Sequence record: SRR31156797_14741
Length of the DNA: 64,000 nt
Reading direction: 5' to 3' (one strand)
The notes under the pieces are model-generated. The model was not told where the DNA came from. It did not search any database and saw only the letters and a program-made list of their open reading frames with translations. Below, one piece after another: positions 9,885-17,841 of the stretch; within the stretch, counting starts at the first letter, position 1; each line of letters begins with the position of its first letter. The translations under genes and the position numbers were made by a program.

Positions 9885-10319
9885 ATGTATATTCCACAGG
9901 AGCGGATTTTGTTGGATCAACACTTTACCGATGCCACAGAGGCTCTGACAAAAATTGGCGAGTACTTAGTCAACCAGGAGATCGTCTCTTTACCTTATGT
10001 CAAAAGCTTTTTGCGGCGTCATCAAAAAACAGGTGTTTACATCGGTAACTTTGTTGCACTGCCCCATGGGGAAGAAGAAGCCCAGCAATGGATCAAGGAA
10101 GAAGGGCTCTTTTTGATCCAAGTGCCGGATGGCGTCGACTTCGGCACGAAGGAACAACCCAAAATCGCTACGATCCTTTTCGTAGTCGTCCTAAAAGAGC
10201 AGCAATTAGCTGTTTTGCAAGAAATCGCCTTTTTTTGTTCCGATATGCAAAATGTTCGGGCGCTGAGTGATGCCGAATCGGTTGAAGAGATCCAACAGAT
10301 TTTGCTGGCAGAAGAATAA
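9885..10319 (+). CDS. PTS IIA (fructose/mannitol family), paralog 1
   Basis: YIGNFVALPHG phospho-His motif; QVPDGVDFG. Confidence 0.9.
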   Translation: MYIPQERILLDQHFTDATEALTKIGEYLVNQEIVSLPYVKSFLRRHQKTGVYIGNFVALPHGEEEAQQWIKEEGLFLIQVPDGVDFGTKEQPKIATILFVVVLKEQQLAVLQEIAFFCSDMQNVRALSDAESVEEIQQILLAEE

Positions 10320-10382
10320 GCGGTCAGCAGCAGATTGGCTTGTAACAAGAGAAGCGAACAAAATGAGTGAATGAGCTGCCTC

Positions 10383-10436
10383 CGTGTGCTCGCTCTTTCT
10401 ACCTTGTGTAGAAGGAGCGGGTACACGTTTTTTTTT
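10383..10436 (+). terminator. Intrinsic terminator separating the two mtl operons
   Basis: 20-bp stem (with G-U pairs) plus T9. Confidence 0.85.
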
Positions 10437-10460
10437 GTTTTGGCAAAAACCAGATAGAAA

Positions 10461-10476
10461 TGCTCCACGTGAAACA
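10461..10476. promoter_or_regulatory. parS (ParB/Spo0J binding site)
   Basis: TGCTCCACGTGAAACA, one mismatch to TGTTNCACGTGAAACA; intergenic. Confidence 0.7.
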
Positions 10477-10541
10477 TAACAAAAAGCCAGTGAGTGTAGG
10501 GGCTACTCGTGTTTTTTTGTTCAGTCTGTTTGGCTACAAGT

Positions 10542-10565
10542 TTTGGCACAGTTTTTTGTGCCAAA
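10542..10565. promoter_or_regulatory. Putative MtlR operator
   Basis: Perfect inverted repeat TTTGGCACA-N6-TGTGCCAAA upstream of mtlA; half-sites resemble Bacillus MtlR TTGNCACA. Confidence 0.65.
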
Positions 10566-10585
10566 GTACGACTTTCGACCGTTTT

Positions 10586-10599
10586 GGGAAGCGCCTACA
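10586..10599 (+). promoter_or_regulatory. Putative cre (CcpA) site overlapping the -10 (TACAAT) of mtlA
   Basis: GGGAAGCGCCTACA, a near match to TGWNANCGNTNWCA. Confidence 0.5.
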
Positions 10600-10633
10600 A
10601 TAAGGGTGTAAGCAGACGAGAGGAGAGAAAAAA

Positions 10634-12406
10634 ATGGAACAGACACAAAAAGCAGCCAAATCATCAGTAAAAGCAAAAGTTCAAAAATTAGGCAGTACGT
10701 TGTCGAGTATGGTGATGCCAAATATCGGCGCATTGATTGCATGGGGTGTATTAACGGCATTATTTATTCCAGATGGGTATCTACCAAATGAAGCCTTTGC
10801 AACGATGGTCGGTCCAATGCTAACGTATTTGATCCCAATCTTGATCGGGTATACCGGCGGGAAAGTGATTGCTGGCGACCGCGGGGCCGTGGTTGGGGCG
10901 ATCGCGACGATGGGGGTCATCGTCGGAACGGATATCCCAATGCTCTTGGGTGCAATGATCATGGGTCCTTTAGGCGGTTGGGTCATCAAGAAATTTGACG
11001 AGATCTTCCAAGACAAAGTTCGCGCTGGCTTTGAAATGTTGGTCAACAACTTTTCATCAGGTTTGATCGGTTTTGCTTTAGCATTACTGGGCTTTGTAGC
11101 AATCGGGCCAGTTGTTAATACCTTGACAGAAGCAATGGCAGCAGGGGTAGAAGTGATCGTCAATGCCCACTTGATTCCATTAGCCAATATTTTTATTGAA
11201 CCAGCAAAAATCCTATTCTTAAACAATGCCATCAACCATGGAATTTTGACACCACTAGGTACTGAGCAAGTCAGCGAATTTGGGAAATCAATTCTTTACT
11301 TATTAGAAGCCAATCCTGGACCTGGTTTAGGAGTCTTGCTAGCCTTCACTTTCTTCGGAAAAGGAGCAGCGAAATCTTCGGCACCTGGAGCGATCATCAT
11401 TCACTTTATCGGTGGGATCCATGAGATCTACTTCCCATACGTCATGATGAAACCATTGATGTTCTTAGCAGTGATTGCCGGCGGTGTATCAGGAAGCTTT
11501 ACCTTCCAATTGTTAGGTGCAGGCTTACGGGCACCTGCTTCCCCAGGTTCGATCATTGCGATCTTAGCAATGACGCCATTCAACTCGGTGATGAGTGTCG
11601 TTTCTGTCTTAGCCGGAATTGCCGTAGGAGCAGGTGTGTCCTTTATCGTCGCTGCCGCGATCTTGAAAGCGGATGCGAAGGATACGGTGGATAATTTTGA
11701 AGAAAAAGTACAACAAACGCAAGCAGCAAAACTCAGCGCCAAAGGTTTGGCGGCTCAACCAATGACTGGCATCAATCGCATCATCTTCGCATGTGATGCA
11801 GGCATGGGCTCCAGTGCTATGGGGGCATCGATCTTACGTAAAAAAGTCAAAGAAGCGGGTCTTCCACAAAATGTTTCGAATTCCGCCATCAACAATTTGA
11901 CGGACGATGCCAATACGCTGATCGTTACTCAAGAAGAATTGCAAGAACGTGCCAAACAAAAAGCGCCAAATGCGACCTTCGTCGCGGTTGAGAATTTCCT
12001 GAACTCTCCACGTTACGATGAAATCGTAGCTACATTGTCAGGGACGAAGACAGCGGGGGAGTCAGAAAAAAAGTCTGAAGCAGGCAACCAGGCAGATGTT
12101 CCTTCCGCCAATGACCTTAAGCAAGTCAGTGAAATCATTTTGGCCCACGATGACCGCAAAGGTTCGGCAACGATGGCTCAGAAAGTCTTCCAAGATCTTT
12201 TAGCCAAAGAATCTCTGACGATGCCAATCAGAAAAAGCCATATCAATGATCTCCATGCCAACGCCTCTTCCCTGGTGATCACAAAAGAAGCCTTAACGCC
12301 GCAAGCGCAAACCTCAGCGCCAGAAGCGATCCATCTATCCGTTAATAATCTGATGGGAACGACGAACTATCAACGGATCGTGGCATCGATCAAAGCAGCG
12401 AATTAA
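10634..12406 (+). CDS. mtlA: Mannitol PTS IICB with an extra C-terminal IIB-like domain
   Basis: SSMVMPNIGA, GGIHEIYFPY and FACDAGMGSSAMGA motifs. Confidence 0.95.
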   Translation: MEQTQKAAKSSVKAKVQKLGSTLSSMVMPNIGALIAWGVLTALFIPDGYLPNEAFATMVGPMLTYLIPILIGYTGGKVIAGDRGAVVGAIATMGVIVGTDIPMLLGAMIMGPLGGWVIKKFDEIFQDKVRAGFEMLVNNFSSGLIGFALALLGFVAIGPVVNTLTEAMAAGVEVIVNAHLIPLANIFIEPAKILFLNNAINHGILTPLGTEQVSEFGKSILYLLEANPGPGLGVLLAFTFFGKGAAKSSAPGAIIIHFIGGIHEIYFPYVMMKPLMFLAVIAGGVSGSFTFQLLGAGLRAPASPGSIIAILAMTPFNSVMSVVSVLAGIAVGAGVSFIVAAAILKADAKDTVDNFEEKVQQTQAAKLSAKGLAAQPMTGINRIIFACDAGMGSSAMGASILRKKVKEAGLPQNVSNSAINNLTDDANTLIVTQEELQERAKQKAPNATFVAVENFLNSPRYDEIVATLSGTKTAGESEKKSEAGNQADVPSANDLKQVSEIILAHDDRKGSATMAQKVFQDLLAKESLTMPIRKSHINDLHANASSLVITKEALTPQAQTSAPEAIHLSVNNLMGTTNYQRIVASIKAAN

Positions 12407-12421
12407 GAAAGGATGAGCCGA

Positions 12422-12859
12422 ATGCAAGTATTAGAAAAAGACATGATTGAATTGAACAAACAATTTGCGACCAAAGAAGCAGCCATTCGTTACTGCGGCG
12501 AAAAACTGCTGGCGGCAGGCTGTGTGGAAAAAGAATACGTCGAAGCCATGCTTGAGCGTGACGAGATGCTCTCAGTCTATATGGGGAACTTTATTGCGAT
12601 TCCTCACGGTACGGATGAAGCCAAAAAATACGTCAAAAAATCAGGTATCTGTATCGTGCAAGTGCCTGATGGCGTGAATTTCGGTACAGCGGACGAAGAA
12701 AAAATCGTCACCGTCCTTTTTGGTATCGCGGGCAAAGGGGAAGATCATCTGCAATTGGTCCAACAAATCGCCCTCTTTTGCAGCGATATCGATAACGTTG
12801 TCGAATTGGCGGATGCCTTAGATAAAGAAGAAATCGCCCAAAGTTTGACCGTAGCATAA
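12422..12859 (+). CDS. mtlF: Mannitol PTS IIA
   Basis: [22 protein letters not shown] motifs; alternative start at 12413. Confidence 0.93.
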   Translation: MQVLEKDMIELNKQFATKEAAIRYCGEKLLAAGCVEKEYVEAMLERDEMLSVYMGNFIAIPHGTDEAKKYVKKSGICIVQVPDGVNFGTADEEKIVTVLFGIAGKGEDHLQLVQQIALFCSDIDNVVELADALDKEEIAQSLTVA

Positions 12860-12881
12860 GGATTTAAGGAGGAGACAAGAC

Positions 12882-14030
12882 ATGAAGGCAGTTCACTTTG
12901 GTGCAGGTAATATTGGTCGCGGCTTTATCGGCGAGATATTGGCTGCCAACAACTTTGAAATCACATTTATTGATGTCAATGAAACGATCATTGACGCCTT
13001 AAAAGCAAGACAAGGGTATACCATCGAATTAGCCGATGAGACCCAAGAACAGATCCACATCGAGCATGTGACAGGATTGAACAATGCCAAAGAACCAGAA
13101 GCGGTGATCCAAGCGATCGCCGAGGCAGACATCCTTACGACCGCCATTGGTCCCAACATTTTGCCGCATATCGCTGAGCTGATCGCCAAAGGCTTAGAAG
13201 CACGTCAGCAACACCCAGACAAGCCAGCCATTGATGTGATCGCCTGTGAGAATATGATCGGCGGATCGACCTTTTTAAAAAGCGAAGTGCAAAAATACAT
13301 TGCGGATTGGTCAGCGTTGGAAGCGACGGTTGGTTTTCCAGATGCAGCGGTGGATCGCATCGTACCGCTGCAGCACCATGAAGATCCCTTATTCGTTCAA
13401 GTAGAACCCTTCTGCGAATGGGTGATCCAAGAGTCAGGGATGAAATCCTCGATCCATCTGCAAGGGGTCCATTATGTGGCGGATCTGGAACCGTATATTG
13501 AACGGAAATTATTCAGTGTCAATACGGGTCATGCCACGGTAGCGTACACAGGCGCCCTCCAAGGCTATCAGACGATCGATGAAGCGATGCAGGACCATTT
13601 AGTGGTGATCCAATTAAAATCCGTTCTCGAAGAAACTGGCCGGCTTTTAATTGAGAAATGGGCCTTTGATCCTGAAGAACATGAACGGTATATCGAAAAA
13701 ATCATCCAACGCTTTAAAAACAAGCACATTTCCGATGCCATCACTCGGGTGGCACGGACACCTGTCCGCAAATTAGGGACCGAAGAACGCTTTATCCGAC
13801 CAGTCCTTGAGTTAGAAAAACGCAACATGCAGCCAGATCATCTCTATGAAACGATCGGCATGATCTTCAATTACAAAGACCCTGAAGATGAGCAAAGCCA
13901 ACAGTTACAAGCACTTTTGGATGAAAAATCACTACCGGAAGTCATTGCAGAAATCACTGGCTTGCGTGATGAAGACATGATTGAAACGATCCGACAAAAC
14001 ATTGAAAAATATGCGTATGTTGCCGCATAA
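12882..14030 (+). CDS. mtlD: Mannitol-1-phosphate 5-dehydrogenase
   Basis: MKAVHFGAGNIGRGFIG, IACEN, VDRIVP, ERKLFSVNTGH motifs. Confidence 0.97.
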   Translation: MKAVHFGAGNIGRGFIGEILAANNFEITFIDVNETIIDALKARQGYTIELADETQEQIHIEHVTGLNNAKEPEAVIQAIAEADILTTAIGPNILPHIAELIAKGLEARQQHPDKPAIDVIACENMIGGSTFLKSEVQKYIADWSALEATVGFPDAAVDRIVPLQHHEDPLFVQVEPFCEWVIQESGMKSSIHLQGVHYVADLEPYIERKLFSVNTGHATVAYTGALQGYQTIDEAMQDHLVVIQLKSVLEETGRLLIEKWAFDPEEHERYIEKIIQRFKNKHISDAITRVARTPVRKLGTEERFIRPVLELEKRNMQPDHLYETIGMIFNYKDPEDEQSQQLQALLDEKSLPEVIAEITGLRDEDMIETIRQNIEKYAYVAA

Positions 14031-14043
14031 AAACGAGTAACAC

Positions 14044-14144
14044 ACAGAACAAGCAGATAAATTGCCGCATCCGTAAAAGCTAGCCCAACAAGTGAGCTTT
14101 TGCGGATAGGTCAATTTCTTTCAGCGCTTGTTCTGTATTTTTTT
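14044..14144 (+). terminator. Long imperfect hairpin with T-tract after mtlD
   Basis: Nested stems ACAGAACAAGC/GCTTGTTCTGT, AAATTG/CAATTT and ATCCGTAAAAGCT/AGCTTTTGCGGAT. Confidence 0.7.
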
Positions 14145-14205
14145 GCTCACCGATTGACCTTTGCTGCCAACTTGACGATAATAAGAAAAGAAATGAGGGA
14201 GAGCA

Positions 14206-14505
14206 ATGGAACGTTGGTTTGAAGAAGCCCAGCTTCAAGTAATTGAGTTGCCGATCGAATGGCAGGAAAACCGTCCCGTCTATCGGGCCTTTATCCGTGA
14301 ATTGCCGACGATCCAAGGGGAAGGAACTTCGCGGCAAGCTGTTTATCGGCAGTTGGCAGAAGCCTACGCGGCTTACCTTGCCCAACTTCGAGAGGTCAAT
14401 GAGGCGCAGGAAGAAATGACGTCTTCCTTATTATCGACGGAAGAATTATTGCGCTACTATGATGGCGAGACCTTCGATGGTTTTGAGTTGCCCTCTGACG
14501 AGTAA
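14206..14505 (+). CDS. Small acidic protein with a HicB-like N-terminal fold
   Basis: GAGGGAG RBS; YRAFIRELPTIQGEGTS..AVYRQLAEAYAAYL resembles the HicB partial RNase H motif. Confidence 0.6.
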   Translation: MERWFEEAQLQVIELPIEWQENRPVYRAFIRELPTIQGEGTSRQAVYRQLAEAYAAYLAQLREVNEAQEEMTSSLLSTEELLRYYDGETFDGFELPSDE

Positions 14506-14545
14506 CAGGAAACGAGCCATGAACTGAAAACTGAAAAGCTACGCA

Positions 14546-14614
14546 AGAAAAAACCGCTCAGCTGCAGCTCGATCGATACGAAGGATCAAACGCTGCAACT
14601 GGCGGCTTTTTTTC
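14546..14614. terminator. Bidirectional terminator between convergent genes
   Basis: A-tract, CCGC..CAGCTGCAGC / GCTGCAACTGGCGG stem, T-tract. Confidence 0.65.
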
Positions 14615-14642
14615 TATCAAAGAAACCACGTCTTATTCGCGG

Positions 14643-15155
14643 TTAGTTCAATGCCTCAGTAATCGCTTGATTGAAGGCATCTAAGTCATCTGGGTTCCGA
14701 CTGGTGATCAACCGATAGGTTTCGTCGATCACGACGGGCTCATCTTTGACGGTGGCACCTGCGTAGGCTAAATCTGGTCGCACAGAATCATAAGCCGTCA
14801 AGGTCAAATCTTTCGTCAGTCCTGTTTGGATAAACAGTTGTGGGCCGTGGCAAATGGCAAAGACGGGACGATCAGATGTCAAAAAGTCTTTCGTCAATGA
14901 CACATAGCGCTCATCGGTCCGTAATTGGTCAGGGGAGAAACCGCCTGGGATCAACAAAGCATCAAAACTGGCGGGATCGATCGTATCGATGGCCGCATCG
15001 ACGGGAAACGTTCCACCTTGTTTGCCTTTTACGGTCTCGGTGCCTTCATTACTAATAACGACTACTTCATGTCCGGCCGCTTCCAGTGCTTCTTTTGGTG
15101 ACGTCAATTCAACATCTTCAACTAGATCAGTGACAATAACAGCAACTTTACTCAT
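14643..15155 (-). CDS. DJ-1/PfpI family protein (glyoxalase III/intracellular protease)
   Basis: EDVEL, IPGGFSPDQLR, AICHGPQ, TSRNPDDL motifs. Confidence 0.93.
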   Translation of the reverse strand: MSKVAVIVTDLVEDVELTSPKEALEAAGHEVVVISNEGTETVKGKQGGTFPVDAAIDTIDPASFDALLIPGGFSPDQLRTDERYVSLTKDFLTSDRPVFAICHGPQLFIQTGLTKDLTLTAYDSVRPDLAYAGATVKDEPVVIDETYRLITSRNPDDLDAFNQAITEALN

Positions 15156-15279
15156 TCGATCTCCTCCTTATTACTTGATGAACAATTTGTTCACCTGCTA
15201 TTATTTATGCTAACGAAGATTTTCGCTGTTGACAAATCATCTGTTTGTCCGCAGCTTAAAAAAGAAAGAAGGCAACGCC

Positions 15280-15831
15280 ATGGCAACGATCCAACTATTT
15301 ATCTCTGATACTCCCCTTTGCTTTGAAAAAGCGGAATTCACTTTTATGGAAGAAACATTTGTCATCGAGAAACAGCAACTATTTGAAAAAGCCGATGCGG
15401 TGATGCATCAAGAGGTATCCTCGTCCTTGGTTTCATTGGTAGAAAAAGCCCTTTTGACGCTAGAAGCGATCGGGGAAGAAGAGGATTATTTCGACCTGCT
15501 TTATTTGACCTATGAGAATACCCGGCGTTCCCTCAGCGGACAGCAATTACTCGCACAGCCTTTTCCAGCTGTAGAGGCAGCCTTGCAGCCGGTCTTTGAT
15601 GAGTTGGCAGAACCGATCGTAGAAAAGTTTTATGAAGAGCTGACCAATCAATTAGAAGAAATCACCGATGATGAGCTGTTTAGTTCCTACTATCTGGATG
15701 ATGAGCAAGCGGTGATTCAAATCGATGCCCCGATCCAACATGAAGAAGTAATCGCATTGCCCGCCCTTTTACGGGATTACCATGGCACGTTGCACCTGAC
15801 CTTTGAAAAGTTTTATGAATACCTTGTGTAG
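15280..15831 (+). CDS. Hypothetical highly acidic protein
   Basis: Long ORF, ATG after AAGAAGG, downstream terminator; no family recognised. Confidence 0.75.
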   Translation: MATIQLFISDTPLCFEKAEFTFMEETFVIEKQQLFEKADAVMHQEVSSSLVSLVEKALLTLEAIGEEEDYFDLLYLTYENTRRSLSGQQLLAQPFPAVEAALQPVFDELAEPIVEKFYEELTNQLEEITDDELFSSYYLDDEQAVIQIDAPIQHEEVIALPALLRDYHGTLHLTFEKFYEYLV

Positions 15832-16003
15832 CGGCGGCAACTGTCGTCGTTATTTTTTGTGAAAACAGTTACATGTTTAGTTTTTTTTAAATCCTGCGAC
15901 AGAAGCCTCGGGAATCTTGACCCTTTTGTCAGAAACGATTATAAAGGTAAGAAGAGGCTGAAGGAACCGAGACTGCCGATGGGCAGAATCGGGTAAGAAA
16001 AGG

Positions 16004-16447
16004 ATGAGAATCATGCGAAAAGTCCCGCCTATTTTAAAACCAATTGCACTTTTAACGATATCAACGATCATTGCCACTGCTACCGGCGTGGTGAATTCAG
16101 GCAGTTACCGCCAACCAAGTCGTGCGACGGAAACGACAGAAACGACCGAACAAACACCAAGTGAAAGCACACCGTCTTCGATAACGGAGGACAGTCAAAA
16201 TCAAACACCTGCAAGCACGGACTCACAACCGACGAACGATGACCAGCAGACAACACCGTCATCCAGCAGTGAAGTAGTAACACCAGAAACGACCCCGTCT
16301 TCTTCGGTGCCTGCAGAAACGACGCCATCAAGCGATGCCGATGTTTCACCGGCACCATCGGAAAACAATCAGGAAACACCTTCTTCAAGTGAAGAGACCA
16401 CGCCAGATCCACAAGGGATCATGGATGAGAATCAAGGAAATGAGTAG
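16004..16447 (+). CDS. Hypothetical exported or membrane-anchored Ser/Thr/Pro/Glu-rich protein
   Basis: Basic N-terminus and hydrophobic stretch followed by low-complexity TPS(S) repeats. Confidence 0.75.
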   Translation: MRIMRKVPPILKPIALLTISTIIATATGVVNSGSYRQPSRATETTETTEQTPSESTPSSITEDSQNQTPASTDSQPTNDDQQTTPSSSSEVVTPETTPSSSVPAETTPSSDADVSPAPSENNQETPSSSEETTPDPQGIMDENQGNE

Positions 16448-16455
16448 GTGAGAAA

Positions 16456-17211
16456 ATGACGCTTATTTTAGATTTAATCAACGGCATCCACAAATTTTTG
16501 GGCTATCTTGACATCAGTCCCAAATACTTGAATCGCGCCTATACCATCCTCAGTATTATTCCAACGGCGTATATTTTACGGATCATCTATGGAATGTTTG
16601 CGAACCAAAACTATTTTCAAGCGATCCTTTATACGATCGGCTTTTTGGTCTTAGTCTATTTTTGGGTACTGAATATCTTCTATTATTTCTTGAATAAAAA
16701 TATGAAGTTCGATGTCACTCAGACCTTTGTCAAAGTCTTGCCGGATGAAGTCTTCAATATTGAAGGGGAAACTATCAGCACCACCGACATTGATCGTTTG
16801 ACGACTGAAAAAGCGGTGATCGATTTTGAAGAAGACTATCAGCTGGTATTGGCGAATCATTTGCAGACCTTGATCGCTCAAGAAGAATTGGCGATCAAAC
16901 CGTCATCCAACGGCTTTACGATTCCGAAAAATACCTTGTACCCTTACTATTTTGTCAAACAGCAAGGGAAAAACGAGTACGTATTGCAGATCGGGACCAG
17001 CTACACGGAGATGACGAAAATTGGCACGATTCAATGGACAGGCAAGCAACCTTTAGAGCCAGTGGGCTTATTTATCACTGGCGGTGATTTTGTCAAAAAC
17101 GATGTCAAATACCACGAACCATACAGTTTAAAATTGTATGTCAAAAAAGAGGTCTCCGAAGAAGAACCGCAGACCTCAAGACAGGCGTATCGACGACAAG
17201 CACGCAAATAA
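16456..17211 (+). CDS. Conserved hypothetical membrane protein (two N-terminal TMs)
   Basis: AGGTGAG RBS; TM helices then a soluble domain; co-oriented with the upstream ORF. Confidence 0.8.
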   Translation: MTLILDLINGIHKFLGYLDISPKYLNRAYTILSIIPTAYILRIIYGMFANQNYFQAILYTIGFLVLVYFWVLNIFYYFLNKNMKFDVTQTFVKVLPDEVFNIEGETISTTDIDRLTTEKAVIDFEEDYQLVLANHLQTLIAQEELAIKPSSNGFTIPKNTLYPYYFVKQQGKNEYVLQIGTSYTEMTKIGTIQWTGKQPLEPVGLFITGGDFVKNDVKYHEPYSLKLYVKKEVSEEEPQTSRQAYRRQARK

Positions 17212-17256
17212 AAAAAGCAGTCCCGACCAGAGTTTCCTCTGGGGGACTGCTTTTTT
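17210..17256. terminator. Bidirectional terminator
   Basis: AAAAAAGCAGTCCC...GGGACTGCTTTTTT. Confidence 0.8.
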
Positions 17257-17265
17257 AATTTGTTG

Positions 17266-17673
17266 TTATTCGATCGGAATGTTTTTTGCAGGTGCGTCTT
17301 TGTAGCTAGCTTTCGGTAAAGTCAGGGTCAAAACGCCGTCTTCAAACACTGCTTTGATGGACTCGTCATCAATGTCTGTGATGGTGAAGGTCCGTTGATA
17401 GGCACTGCTGGAGCGTTCTTTGCGCAAATAATGTCCGAAATCATCCTCGGTTTCAGTGGTTTCTGTTTGAGCCGCTGAAATCGTCAGCGTGTTGATGACG
17501 TAACTGACGCGGATATTTTCTTTCTTGATGCCGGGTAAATCTGCTTGAACGAGATACTTGTCTTCGTATTCTTTAATGTCCGTGTTCATTTGTCGTTCTT
17601 GCCAAAAACTGTTCATTAATTTGCCTAATAGTTCTTCGCCGCCTGCTAAATCTCTTGGAATCAAATTTGCCAT
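17266..17673 (-). CDS. Hsp20/alpha-crystallin small heat shock protein
   Basis: DIKE..ADLPG.KKENI, ERS..YQRTF, AVFEDGVLTLTLPK motifs. Confidence 0.93.
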   Translation of the reverse strand: MANLIPRDLAGGEELLGKLMNSFWQERQMNTDIKEYEDKYLVQADLPGIKKENIRVSYVINTLTISAAQTETTETEDDFGHYLRKERSSSAYQRTFTITDIDDESIKAVFEDGVLTLTLPKASYKDAPAKNIPIE

Positions 17674-17841
17674 GTGGTTCCCCCGCTTTCTTTTATCTAT
17701 TGAGTTGGTACCTCTATTTTACGAGGAACCAAGCCAAAGGGCAACCAAAATGGCAACAATCACAAAAACAAGAGAAATCACTCAACTATCTTATAAGAAT
17801 CTGCTATGATAGAACTAAATAACTATCAGATGATTGGATGA

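Noticed and set aside
10037-10760. Minus-strand ORFs of 175 and 79 aa across the mtl intergenic region
   Set aside because: They overlap real genes, a terminator and operators; no RBS or recognisable motifs
17724-17760. GGCAAC direct repeat upstream of hsp20 as a CtsR or CIRCE site
   Set aside because: No convincing match to either consensus; too short to support a call
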